Positions 50,128 through 63,025 of a stretch of DNA of 64,000 bases are shown in pieces. The DNA lies in the NCBI RefSeq assembly GCF_018350175.1, contig NC_058368.1, positions 209,996,001 to 210,060,000 on the forward strand, written 5' to 3'. A program made the translations under genes and the position numbers. The notes under the pieces are model-generated. The model did not search any database, was not told the origin of the DNA, and worked only from the letters and a program-made list of their open reading frames with translations. Numbering within the stretch: position 1 is the first letter of the stretch; the number at the start of each line of letters is the position of its first letter. This DNA is from Felis catus (lineage: Eukaryota).

Positions 50128-50768
50128 TTTTTTTTTAATATATGAAATTTATTGTCAAATTGGTTTCCATACAACACCCAGTGCTCATCCCAACAGGTGC
50201 CCTCCTCAATGCCCATCGCCCACCCTCCTCTCCCTCCCACCCCCCATCAGCCCTCAGTTTATTCTCAGTTTTTAAGAGTCTCTTATGCTTTGGCTCTCTC
50301 CCACTCTAACCTCTTTTTTTTTTTCCTTCCCCTCCTCCATGGGTTCCTGTTAAGTTTCTCAGGATCCACATAAGAGTGAAAACATATGGTATCTGTCTTT
50401 CTCTGTAGGACTTATTTCACTTAGCATGACACTCTCCAGTTTCATCCACGTTGCTACAAAAGGCCATATTTCATTCTTTCTCATTGTCCTGTAGTACTCC
50501 ATTGTGTATATAAACCACAATTTCTTTATCCATTCATCAGTGGATGGACATTTCGGCTCTTTCCATAATTTGGCTAATGTTGAGAGTGCTGCTATAAACT
50601 CTGTTGGTGGGAATGCAAACTGGTGCAGCCGCTCTGGGAAACAGTGTGGAGGTTCCTCAAAAAATTAAAAATAGACCTACCCTACGACCCAGCAGTAGCA
50701 CTGCTAGGAATTTACCCAAGGGATACAGGAGTACTGATGCATAGGGGCACTTGTACCCCAAGGTTTAA
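50128..50768 (-). mobile_element. Young L1 with a 5' inversion (twin priming)
   Basis: Minus-strand 3' end 50128-50599, then plus-strand ORF2 segment 50601-50767. Perfect 16-bp TSD atcagcaaatatttct at 50112-50127 and 50769-50784. Confidence 0.96.
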
Positions 50769-52850
50769 ATCAGCAAATATTTCTAACGACACACTCTGAG
50801 TTTTCACACTTGCATGCCTGCCTGTCCTTGTGCCATTCCCTGACCTTGGAATTCCTTGCCCCCAATTCTCTGCCTGTACAAATCTTTTTAAAAAATGGTA
50901 TCAAGGCTTTTAGTGCAAACATAAGAATCCACACTAGTTTATTTTAGCAGACAAATAATTTATAAAGACTATTAGGCACTTCACAGAAACTTCGGAAGGA
51001 CCAGCACACCTGACTTGAAGCCTACTCTACAGGGATGGTTCAGGGTAGCCTCCCTGCCACCACAGGACACAAGGAACAGAATTTCCATCTCTGACATTAA
51101 GGAGTGCTAGACCCTCTCTTGCTGCTGTTTCATAAGCTGGGTGTCTGCCAACACCCTCATCGGGACTAGCGAGGTTGGTGCCTTATTTACATCATGAGCC
51201 TCCAATTACATGGCTGGATTTTCTAACCATTGTCCATGTATGCTTGCTTTCTCAAACATCAACCATCCAGGAGGGTTGTGGTCCGTTGTGGACACACACT
51301 ACTGAATGATGCAATTACTCTGGGCTCTTCAGGGTTGAGTGACCTGCCAAGACCAAAGCCCTTGTACAAAATACCTCATGAAGAATGCTGGGCACAACCA
51401 AGGGGATCTGCCAAACCCTACAGTGGTCTCCTGCATCTTGGACCCCCAGATTGCATCCATGCCTGAGTGGAGGAATCTCTTTCCTGGCCCCTTTCCTTGT
51501 CCCATAAGATGGGCTCCTGATGCGTAGGACCAGCTTTCATATGAGTGGTCTTTTGCTTGTTTTATGCTTGAGGTTTTGGTTTTGAAAATAGGCCCAGTGT
51601 CTTAGGCCATTGGGTATAACTTCAATGGATTTGATGGATATGACAAATAAAAGGAATGATGAATATTATGTAACAGCTGGCAGACTCCGAATGGTTTTTG
51701 CTGTGATTCTGGAAAGAATGAGGAAGGGATGACATGAAAAGGTGAGATTTGAATGGAGCCATCCTAACTTTCCTTTGGACATCAATTTTCCAGCAGGAGG
51801 TTAAAGCAGGATGACATGGAGGCCAATGCAGTACTTCTTCCCCAGGCTCCTGCCTCTAGCACGGTACTGAAGAAATTCTCAGGCTTCAGACATTCTTGCA
51901 TGTTTCTGGCAAGACATCCCTTCTTCCCTATCCACCAACACCCATCTCAGTGGCATTATCTTCCTTGAGACCCTCTGGATTGACCTTCCTCCATGTAATT
52001 CAGTTACCACTAAACACCCAAGACTGCCTGGTCATTCCTCGTCTCCCAGATTCTCATTTCTGAAAAATCTGAATATCTTAAGTGACTCCATCTCTCATCC
52101 TTTTTCCAGAAATCAAAACTCTTCCTCTGTGCCCCTGGAACTCAGTGTATACAGACAGGAAACTCTTCTTCCTCATGTCCTTTTCCCTTTCATTTCTAAC
52201 TGGCTCTTCCCTAAGGACACTGCTCCCACTGTAGTCACTCATAGAGGTAGCTGGTTTCTCTCCTACATCTCTGGCACTGCTGGGCCTGGCATAGGATCGA
52301 TGTCCTCTTTGCTTATTGCTGCTCCCAAGCCATTGTCCCATCCTTTTCCAAAAAAAATGAGCAGCACTGAAATTCTTAATATTGGACTCTATATCATTTG
52401 CCACCTTCCTTTTGACAACCACTAATGACTCCAGTGTCACTTCCCTTCATTCTTGGCTCACTGTCACTTTCTCCGACACCATGTCTACTCTGTTCTTGGT
52501 GATTTCAGTATCCACATAGGTGGATCTCCAATATACTGGCCTTTCAGCTCCTTTACCTCCTCCCCTCCAAGTATCTCATACTCCATCCTACCTCAGCCGT
52601 CCACTTGCATGGTCATGGCACATGACCCTGTCCTTACCAAGAATCTTATCCCCTCTGCAATCTTAATTTTAAGCATCCCAATATTTGAGCACCACTTTTT
52701 ATTTTATTTTATTTTCATCTAACTATGTCTTCCTTCTCTATCCCATTTCCTTGCCTCCTTTCCATGAGTATCCATAAGCCCTAATTTTGCACTTTTAATT
52801 CCCCTGATATTTATTTATACTTCCCCTGATATTTAAAATGGCTTTATCAT

Positions 52851-53070
52851 GGGGCGCCTGGGTGGCGCAGTCGGTTGAGCGTCCGACTTCAGCCAGGTCA
52901 CGATCTCGCGGTCCGTGGGTTTGAGCCCCGCATCGGGCTCTGGGCTGATGGCTCAGAGCCTGGAGCCTGTTTCCGATTCTGTGTCTCCCTCTCTCTCTGC
53001 CCCTCCCCCGTTCATGCTCTGTCTCTCTCTGTCCCAAAAATAAATAAAAAACGTTGAAAAAAAAAGAAAA
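52851..53070 (+). mobile_element. Young SINEC_Fc
   Basis: CpGs retained. Perfect 17-bp TSD taaaatggctttatcat at 52834-52850 and 53071-53087. Confidence 0.97.
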
Positions 53071-53087
53071 TAAAATGGCTTTATCAT

Positions 53088-53460
53088 ATATGCATGTATT
53101 CCTAAACAGCATGTTGCTTACTTATTTTTCTTGAATTTTATATAAATGATATCATACTGCATGTAGTGATTTGGAGTTTGCAATGTATTTACTATTCTAT
53201 GCATAAAATGTCTCCATATTGTGTGCAATGGCTATGGTGTAGTCTTACTACTGTATAATATTCTGTGGTGTGAATATACCAAAATGTATTCATTCATTCT
53301 TCCCAGCTTTTTGATGTCATTATTTCTGCTGCTATAAATAGCTTGTACATATCTTCTGGCACATATTTGCAAGAGTTTTTGTAGGAGCAGAATCGATGGG
53401 TTCAACTTTACATGATGCTATGTTTTTTTCTAATGTAATTGTATATCACTTCCTATTATT
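53088..53460 (-). mobile_element. Ancient L1ME-like 3' fragment
   Basis: ttttatataaatgatatcatactg and ataatattctgtggtgtgaatatacc. Confidence 0.65.
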
Positions 53461-54309
53461 CCTCTAGGTCCTGATTTTAAAAACTTTTTGCATTGCTAGG
53501 ACCTGTAACAATTGAGCATACTATCTTCTTACTTCCTTCAGTCTCTACTTATCCAGGCCATAGTCTGTGGTCTGTCATAATGTTCATTCCTTTATATGTA
53601 CCTTAGTTCCTTTGCCTCCGCTTTCTTTGTCATGCTCATCTGGCAAAACCCTGGCTCTGACCACAGCCAAACCTCTGTACGTGTACCCCTGCACGCGAAT
53701 ATGGTTGCAGACAACACAGCTGAGCTGGTTGTTCTTGCTTTACGTTCATACCACTCATCTCAGCCTGTCAGTCATACTGTACTTCCCTGGCCTATTAACT
53801 CTCCCATGCTTCTGTTTCATACCTTCTCTTCTCTCCTCAAACCTCTATTATCTCTTGCTGCCTCCTCTCTCTCGGCAGATAACCTTCTTCACTGAGAAAA
53901 TAGAAGCAATCAGAAAGGACCCGCCATTGGCTCTCACTTCTGCAAAGCTCATCTGTGCTCATTGTATTATCCATTGCTAGGTAACAAATCACTCTGAAAC
54001 TTAGTGGCTAAAACAATGACATTTGTGATTTCATAGTGGGTCAGAAACCGGGCACAGTTTTGCTGGGTCCTCTGGCTGTAAATCTTCTAGTACCCTCCTT
54101 TCAAGTGCTAGTATACCTTGATCAGTAAATAAATGGGCCAGTTATACCCTGGCCCTCAATGACAAGTACTTATATTACTAATAACGAGCTGGATGAGAAA
54201 GGCCACACACACCTTCCTCTTCCCATAGAACACACACTAGGCAAAATAAATTTTGTACTATTAGTAAATTGTAAAACTCTCCAACATTAAACCATTTTTT
54301 TCCCTTAAA

Positions 54310-55710
54310 TTACCTTTATGGTATTAGAATAACTAGCAGACATCTGGAAAAAAGAAGATGGAATTCTTGGCTCACCTAAGACCAAAATAATTCACAGATG
54401 GATCAATGATTTAACTGTAAAGAAAATAAAATACCAGGAAAAAAAAGAAAATAATTTTTCTTATTATCTCACAATAAGAAGGAAAGATCTTGAATGGAGT
54501 GCAAAATCCAGAAGTCATATAAAAAAAGATGGGGAAATTTGATTCTATAATAATAAAAATGTCTACAGGGTGAGAAAAATAAAATGAAACGACAAATTAC
54601 AAACTAGGAAAATATCTTCAACTTATATCATAGACAAAGGATATATTATATATATATGTGTGTGTGTGTGTATACATAATTTATACTTTAAAAAATGTTT
54701 ATTTTTCAAAGAGGGAAAGAGCAAGAGCACAAATGGGGGAGGGGCAAAGAGAGAAGGAGACAGAGGATCCAAAGTGGGCTCCACGCTGACAGCAGCAAGC
54801 CTAATGTGGGTCTTGAACTCACAAATCATGCGATCATGAACTGAGCTGAAGTTGGACTCTCAGCCAGCTGAGCCACCCAGGAGCCCCTATAATTTATACT
54901 TTTAAAGCACTTGATAAATCCGTAAGTAAAAGATCAATAACTTAGTAACAGAATAGGCTTAATAACAAAAGATTCTCAAATTCACTCAATTTGAGAAATG
55001 CAAATTATAGCTACAATGAATACACATACATTGTGTTAGATACCATGCTTTGCACAGATTATATACAAACATGTATTTATATATTATATATATTTGACTC
55101 TTTTACTCTCTTCTCAACAATCCTATGAACTAGGTACTATTATTATTCTCATACTGTAGATAAAGAAACTGAGGCTCAGCAGTTTGGCCAAAGACAGCTA
55201 GAAAGTGGCAAAACCACGGTGCTTCTGGCTTATTTGCATGTGCAGAAAGTGACACAAGTGCCAGGAGAGTCACTGCAGAGCATGGCACGAGACAGTCACT
55301 GGGTAAGTGTTGGCTCAATAAGTAAAGAATAGCAAAGACTGGAAACAACCTACCTGCCCCAATAGGAAACTGATTAAATAAACAGGGTACAGTTAAAAGA
55401 ATGAAACACTAAGCTCACTGATAGGGAATAATCTCCAAAATTGATAACTAAGTGAGAAAAACAAGATACAGAAAAGTATGGATGACAGGCATATCAACTA
55501 CGTAATATAAGGGATAGATTTGTAAATGTGTGATATATGTCTGGAGATATTCACAAGAAATCATTAAGAAGGTTTGCCTCCAGAGAGAACTAGGTGGCTG
55601 GCTGATAGAGGAGAAATGAAGAATACTTTTTATTATATTCCACCTCCTACTACCTTTTTTTGTTTTCATGTGTGCATCTGTTACCTATTTAAATGAATGA
55701 AAAAAATTAA
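54310..55710 (+). mobile_element. Ancient L1ME-like fragment, interrupted by a SINE and a MIR
   Basis: aaaataattcacagatggatcaatgatttaactgtaaa and aatagcaaagactggaaacaacc. Confidence 0.65.
54690..54887 (-). mobile_element. SINEC (older)
   Basis: 14-bp TSD ataatttatacttt at 54676-54689 and 54889-54902. Confidence 0.93.
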
Positions 55711-56522
55711 AAGTGAGGTCGTGACAATTTTAAAAGAAATAAAATAGTCTATAAGCAACAGTATAGAAAAATATACTATTACCAAGTGAGCTGTTACTTA
55801 CTGAGTATATTTAAAAGAACAGGAAGGAGTGGTTTTATGTGCAAAAAATAGACATGGTCCAGGGATGTTAATATAGCGTAGAAGCCAGATATTCTGGATT
55901 CATCTCTTGCTTTTGACTTTGGCTGCTGGTGCTGGAGGCAAGTGAATTAAGCCAGTCATATCTGGATAATAGTACTTAATGATCAACCTTACCTATGCAT
56001 TGTGAAAACCACTTACTTGATGTTGGTGAAACACTTTGAAGGTGCAACATTCCAGGGTGCAAGGCAGAGCCTGTTCAGACCTGTGTGTTGTCATGGGAAC
56101 TGAGACTCCATCCAGAGTCAAGTCTTTGAGGAGACTTCCAATCACTATTTAGTTAAACAAATGTTTCTAAGGTGCCAGTGCTTCCAAATGTTTCTTAAAT
56201 GTGTGTGCCCAGAGAATCAGACTATTTCAGTTGAGTTTTTGTATTCCTGTATTACATTCCTACAATACCGCCACTAGTCCACTAAGTACATTTTGAATAT
56301 GATGATTTCAGGAAAATGAGTTCTTTTCAGAGAAGGGAAGTACAGCTTAAGACACATCGTGGTGTACAATTCAATAAGGAAATTGCAAAGCCTTTAGAAA
56401 ACTAAAACGAGTTAGGGGCTAATAATGTTTTTTAACAATGTATATTAATTAATTGAGAAAAATATAACATCCACAAGGAGAAATGTATAGTCTAGGGGAA
56501 AAATAACTAATAGGAATGAGAA

Positions 56523-56967
56523 TGTTGGTAGACAATTCCCCATGGGTCTCTCTCACTTTTCCACACCTTGAAAGCAATGCATCAACTGTCGTTTTGTCTG
56601 GAGTATGTTTTCAGGATGTTTGCATAGTTAACACCCTTGGAAGACAGAGATAGTGTTTTCCTCCAGAGCAAAGGCAAGTTTGCCAACTGTGCTTTATCAA
56701 AGATTGAAGTTCTTCAAATTCCAAGTTCCTCTCTGTTAGTGCAATACAGTATCACCTAGCTCTCTTCACATCATCCGTGGTAACTGGGGCTTGGTGAGCT
56801 CTTGCCAGTATGCTGATACTTTGGTTACTGCTGTCACTGTGAGTAATAAACTATCCTTTGTCTTTGAACCCGGAGTTTCATATCTACCAGCATCCATAAA
56901 ACTGTGGCCAAATGACTTCTTAGCTTGCAAGTGGAGTAATATCTCAAACTCTTCGCAGTTCTTGAAA
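56523..56967 (+). mobile_element. LTR47-like ERVL solo LTR
   Basis: tgttggtagacaattccccatgggtctct, ccttggaagacagagatagtg, gagtaataaac and cagttcttga match LTR47 as recalled. Confidence 0.8.
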
Positions 56968-56979
56968 AAGAAGTGTTCT

Positions 56980-57078
56980 CTAGATCACTGCTATACAACA
57001 GAAATGCAATGTAAGTCACTCATGTGAGCCACATACATAATTTTAAATTTTACAGAAAGCACATTAAAAAGCTAGAAA
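56980..57078. mobile_element. MER33-like hAT MITE, left part
   Basis: gagccacatacataattttaaatttt...cacattaaaaa; continues at 59680. Confidence 0.8.
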
Positions 57079-57080
57079 TA

Positions 57081-59679
57081 ATCCCAATCAAAATTGCACC
57101 GACATTCTTCTCAAAGCTAGAACAAACAATCCTAAAATGTGTATGGAACCACAAAAGGCCCTGAAGAGCCAAAGAAATCCTGAAAAAGAGAACCAAAGTG
57201 GGAGGCATCATAATCCCAGACTTTAGCCTCTACTATAAAGCTGTAATCATCAAGACAGTATGGTATTGCCACAAAAACAGACACATAGACCATGGAATAG
57301 AATAGAGAACCCAGAATTGAACCCACAAATGTATGGCCAACTCATCTTTGACAAAGCAGGAAAGAGTATCCGATGGAAAAAAGACAGCCTCTTTAGCAAG
57401 TGGTGCTGGGAGAACTGGACAGCAACATGCAGAAGAATGAAAATAGACCACTTTCTTACACCATACACAAAAATAAACTCAAAATGGATGAAAGACCTAA
57501 ATGTGAGACAGGAAACCATCAAAACCCTTGAGGAGAAAACAGGCAACAACCTCTTTGACCTCAGCTAAAGTAATGTCTTGCTCGACACGTCTCTAAAGAC
57601 AGGGAATTAAAAGCAAAAATGAACAATTGGGACTGCATCAAGATAAAAAGCTTCTGCAATGCAAAAGAAACAATCAACAAAACTAGAAGGCAACAGACAG
57701 AATGCGAAAAGATATTTGCAAATGACATATCGGATAAAGGGCTAGTATCCAAAATCTGTAAAGAACTTACTAAACTCCACACCCAAAAAACAAATAATCC
57801 AGTGAAGAAATCTGCAGAAGACATGAATAGACACTTTTCCAAAGAAGACATGAAAAAATGCTCAACGTCACTCATCATCAGAGAAATACAAATCAAAACT
57901 ACACTGAGATATCACCTCACACTGGTCGGAATGGCTAAAATTAACTCAGGAAGCAACAGATGCTGGAGAGGATGTGGAGAAATGGGAACCCTCTTGCAGT
58001 GTTGGTGGGAATGCAAACTGGTGCAGCCACTCTGGAAAACAGTGTGGAGGTTCCTTAAAAACAAAACAAAACAAAACAAAACAAAACAAAACAAAACCCC
58101 AAAAACAGAACTACCCTACGACCCAGCAATAGTCCTCCTAGGAATTTATCCAAGGGATACAGGAGTGCTGATTTATCATAAGGGCACATGTATCTCAATG
58201 TTTATAGCAGCACTTTCAACAGTAGCCAAATTATGGAAGGAGCCTAAATGTCCATCAACTTATGAATGGATAAAGATGTGGTTTAAATATACAATGGAAT
58301 ACTACTTGGCAATGAGAAAGAATGAAATCCTGCCATTTGCAGCAACATGGGTGGAACTGGAGGGTATTATGCTAAGTGAAATAAGTCAGTCAGAGAAAGA
58401 CAGATATCATATGTTTTCACTCATATGTAGAACTTGAAAAACTTAACAGAAGACCATGGGGGAAGGGAAGGAGAAAAAAATAGATACAAACAGAGAGGGA
58501 GGGAGGCAAACCATAAGAGACTCTTAAAATCTTTTTTTTTCAATATATGAAATTTATTGTCAAATTGGTTTCCGTACAACACCCAGTGCTCATCCCAAAA
58601 GGTGCCCTCCTCAATACCCATCACCCACCCTACCCTCCCTCCCACCTCCCATCAACCCTCAGTTTGTTCTCAGTTTTTAAGAGTCTCTTATGCTTTGGCT
58701 CTCTCCCACTCTAACCTCTTTTTTTTTTTTTCCTTCCCCTCCCCCATGGGTTTCTGTTAACTTTCTCAGGATCCACATAAGAGTGAAAACATATGGTATC
58801 TGTCTTTCTCTGTATGGCTTATTTCACTTAGCATCACACTCTCCAGTTCGATTCACGTTGCTACAAAAGGCCATATTTCGTTCTTTCTCATTGCCACGTA
58901 GTACTCCATTGTGTATAAAAACCACAATTTCTTTATCCATTCATCAGTTGATGGACATTTAGGCTCTTTCCATAATTTGGCTATTGTTGAGAGTGCTGCT
59001 ATAAACATTGGGGTACAAGTGCCCCTATGCATCAGTACTCCTGTATCCCTTGGGTAAATTCCTAGCAGTGCTATTGCTGGGTCATAGGGTAGGTCTATTT
59101 TTAATTTTCTGAGGAACCTCCACACTGCTTTCCAGAGGGGCTGCACCAATTTGCATTCCCACCAACAGTGCAAGAGGGTTCCTATTTCTCCACATCCTCT
59201 CTAGCATCTATGGTCTCCTGATTTGTTCATTTTGGCCACTCTGACTGGCGTGAGGTGATATCTGAGTGTGGTTTTGATTTGTATTTCCCTGATAAGGAGC
59301 GACGTTGAGCATCTTTTCATGTGCCTGTTGGCCATCTGGATGTCTTCTTTAGAGAAGTGTCTGTTCATGTTTTCTGCCCATTTCTTCATTGGGTTATTTG
59401 TTTTTTGGGTGTGGAGTTTGGTGAGCTCTTTATAGATTTTGGATACTAGCCCTTTGTCCGATATGTCTTAAAATCTTAAAAACAGAGAACAAACTGAGGG
59501 TTGATGGGGGGGGTGTGGGGGAGAGGGGGAAATGGGTGATGGGCATTGAGGAGGCACTTGTTGGGATGAGCACTGGGTGTTGTATGTAAGCGACAAACCA
59601 CGGGAATCTACCCCCAAAACCAAGAGCACACTGTACACACTGTATGTTAGTCAATTTGACAACAAATTATATTTAAAAA
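57081..59679 (+). mobile_element. 5'-truncated carnivore L1 (outer element of the nest)
   Basis: ORF2 3' portion (57260-58437) and a 3'UTR split by the inner L1. TSD aaaaa(g/a)ctagaaa at 57066-57078 and 59680-59692. Confidence 0.95.
58534..59465 (-). mobile_element. Young 5'-truncated L1 nested antisense in the outer L1 3'UTR
   Basis: Nearly identical to 3800-4727 of the full-length L1. TSD tcttaaaatctt at 58522-58533 and 59466-59477. Confidence 0.96.
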
Positions 59680-59918
59680 AAAAAACTAGAAACAGGTAAA
59701 ATTAATTTTAATAATATATTTTATTTAACTCAATATATCTGAAATATCTCAACATGTCATCAATATAAAGTTATTAATAAGACATTTACATTCTATCTTT
59801 ACTACAAAGTCTTTCAGATCTGGAGTGTTTTTAATACAGTATATCTTAATTTTTACTAGCAACATTTCAAATGCTCATAGTTATTTAGTGGCTTTCATTT
59901 TGGAAATGAAACTCTAGA
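59680..59918. mobile_element. MER33-like hAT MITE, right part
   Basis: gaaacaggtaaaattaattttaataatatattttatttaactcaatatatc...actagcaacatttcaaatgctca. Confidence 0.85.
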
Positions 59919-62519
59919 CTGTAAAATATGGCAAAATGAAAGTAAAAGTTTTCAAGACTGAACTAGATTTTTCTTTAAACAAATTAAATCCAGGGTGTGA
60001 GTAATCACTTACTGGACCTGTCACTCCAGGGACTCTGAACCATGTCCTGCATGTTCCAAAATTTAAGTCTGACAAATCTGTCAGAAAATCCTTCATGTGT
60101 TATTTAATCCTCCTGTGCCCTTTAAGCTACATTCAGGACGGTTGATTCTTCTGCAGCTGCATGTAATAAGATAGGAAGTTAGGATAAGAGTCACTAAAGA
60201 CAAAGTTGCTACCAATCAAGCCATACCTTGTCCTCTTGTTTCCAGAAACTGAAATTTAAATGCGTCTTCATTTTTTCCTTAATTTTCTCCTTGGAGAAGT
60301 TTGTCTAGCTAGAGGAAGGGGAAAATCCCTAACCTCAGCCTGTATCATTTTACCATTGGAATAGGAGATGGGCACTTACACAATGTTGACGAAGGAAAAA
60401 TGAGTAACTTTAGACAGACCCACTTTGCCTCAATTTGCTCATCTGCCCTGCCCAGTTCACAGGGTTGCCATGTGATCGCATGGAATAATAGCACCAATGA
60501 GGTGTTGGCAAAGGAAGAGAGAGTGCCTGAGACATAAGCCGCGTTGATGATGAATATAATGATCTGTCCCTTGCTATAAATTTTTACTCTAAACAGCGTT
60601 CTTCAGACCTCAGAATCTTGCATGGGTTTGATTATGGTGAAATAAAGCAGATAACTGCCAAAACTTTTGATCATTTGGGGCTAAGGAGATTTAACCCAAA
60701 TAATACTGAGGTTTAAAAACAAGAAATATGAGTTTACAAGAACATGCACACTGTTCTTCATACAGCCTCAAACCCTCCATATATGGGAAACTGTAGAAGT
60801 TAAATGACTTTATTTTAATGCTCTAACCTCACAAAATCCAATGTTTGAGAAAAGGACTCGAATACAAGTATTACAAGATTTCATCTAAAGTATATATGAC
60901 AGAATCCTTTTTGGAACAAGGAGAAGACATTTTAGTTCACTAAATCAATCAACCGACCTCTCTGGAAGAGTCCTGTAACATTGGCAGTGGATGAGTTAAA
61001 AAATGACATAAAATGGCCCAGTGTGGTCAGGCATCCAAGGGAATATTGTCCATCCTCAGATCCCAGACCCTAGACAACCCAGGAGAGGCATTCTGAATCC
61101 CAATGTGAGCACAGGGGAGGATTCACCTGCACGTAGATTTTCTGTCAACTGATGACCTGTTGTTACTCATGTCATTCTGTTCCATTACGTGAAGCTGACA
61201 TTTGGTCTGAGAACTTTACAGAGGTTCTGTGGCTCCTTCATAATGCTATTTAAGAACTGCTACCAAGATGCCTCACTGGCATTGTGCCCTTCTCTTTTGT
61301 ATGCCTCCTCTTTTATCCAGCACCCTGACTTCCCAACCCTCTCCCCAAGGGTCTCCTCATTTCTTCTATTGCTGTGTTTCCCAGTAACACCACACTTTGG
61401 GTTTCATACCTCGACTTTGGCCAGATCCTTCCCTGGTTTGGGACCTCACCCATGTTGACACCTGGTTCCTTCCAGACTCTGCTTTCCCTACTTAAAATTT
61501 GTTTAGTTGCTACATCTTTGGGTAATAGGCATCTCACCCTGCATCACTGCCCAGTTGGGTACTCTTTTAGGCAGCCATTAACTTTGCTGGCAGTCATTTG
61601 TTCCTTGTATTAGACAATTGTTTACTCTCTTTTCCCCTTCCTATTCTCTCTTCTCTCCCTCCATTTAAATGACAGTGAGCTATACTAAAAAGTCTATGGA
61701 ATTTGGAGTTAACAAAAACTCCAGATTGGATTCCCAGTGTAGGATTCCAAGGTGCCACCTTGCTATGCAACCTTGGCAATACTTATATCTAAGCTTGGCT
61801 CTTCATCTACAAATTTGGGATGATAACAATCAGTACGTAATTATCTTATGATGATAAAAAGACGTGTGAAGGCCAGTGTGCAAGAACCGACATAAACTGA
61901 CACATGGGCATGGCATGTTTGAAGGACAATGAGTTGAGTTCTAAAATCAACTGACTTCTTGTTGGCCTGGCTCTTTCTGCATGAATTGGATTTTTTTTTT
62001 TTAACACAGGTATATATCTTGTAACTCCTGCTATATTACACTACATCTTTGACATGGAACACTTTATCTTTTGTATTCCTTTCAGTAGTGCCTTGGCCAT
62101 AACAATTAGGTATTTCTTGGCTTGGGTGAAACAGAGAGCTCCTGCTCAAATCATGGTACATAAACTACCCAAAAGAGGGTTTTCAAATATTGGGAACCCT
62201 TGTAGGTTTTTGACCGGGAAATCATATCACAAAAGAAAGTTGTGGGAAAGCGTGATACCCAGTGTAACAGAACTGCTTGGAAGCAGGGAGGCTAGTGGTC
62301 GGAACATTTGACAGATATGAGACTCTATGTCCTGTTGTCTGTGAGGTGTTGAACAAATTGGCTAGCTTTGAAGCTTTAGTTTCCTTGTAAGCACACTAAG
62401 GATAATGATAATATTTTCCCCACAGCATTGATAGGAGAATGTATTCGAGAATCCATGACACTGGATTATCACATGTCTGACATGTAGGACCTACTCAGCA
62501 CACATTAACTATGATGATT

Positions 62520-62890
62520 TTGATGTTTCCTTTAAACATCTTCCAAAGCCATTCTCAACCAGAGTGATCCTATTTAAAATGCTGATCAGGTCATGTCATT
62601 CTGCTGCTCAGAGCCCTCCAATAGCCCCTTCCGTTCAGTGTGAAAGTCATGATCCTTGCAGAGACCTACCCAAATGCACTATTTCCTTTCTCAGCTCTAT
62701 TTCCCAACCCCCACCCCTGAGCATGTAAAGCCTCTTTCAAAACATTTAATTTACTTATTTGGTATGTTTATTGTCTATCATTTGTCTCTCCTTACTAGAC
62801 TGTAAGCTCCATGAGACAGGTCTATTCTGTTCACTGCTATGCCGATGCTCTAGAACAGTGCCTGGCCAGTGGAGGTGCCATTTGTTAAAG
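62520..62890 (+). mobile_element. L2 LINE 3' end
   Basis: ccagagtgatcc, ctagactgtaagctccatgagacagg and ctagaacagtgcctggc. Confidence 0.8.
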
Positions 62891-62899
62891 CAAGCAAGC

Positions 62900-63025
62900 A
62901 GGAAGGAAAGGAAAGGAAAGGAAAGGAAAGGAAAGGAAAGGAAAGGAAAGGAGGACAGAAAGAAGAAAAGAAAAGAAAAGAGAAAAGAAAAGAAAAGAGA
63001 AAAGAAAAGAAAAAAGAAAAGAGGG
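62900..63025. repeat. (GAAAG)n / (GAAAA)n purine microsatellite
   Basis: Directly visible. Confidence 0.95.

Larger units (their letters stand above)
52080..53940 (+). mobile_element. L2 LINE internal/5' portion including an EN-domain remnant, interrupted by a SINE and an old L1
   Basis: Translation VLGDFSIH...DPVLT...IPIFEHH (52453-52722) resembles the L2 APE motifs LGDFNIH, LDLVIT and PLSDH. cttcttcactgagaaaatagaagcaatcag near 53890. Confidence 0.75.

Noticed and set aside
61129..61191. Pair of RCGTG (HRE-like) motifs
   Set aside because: Too short and common to support without conservation data.
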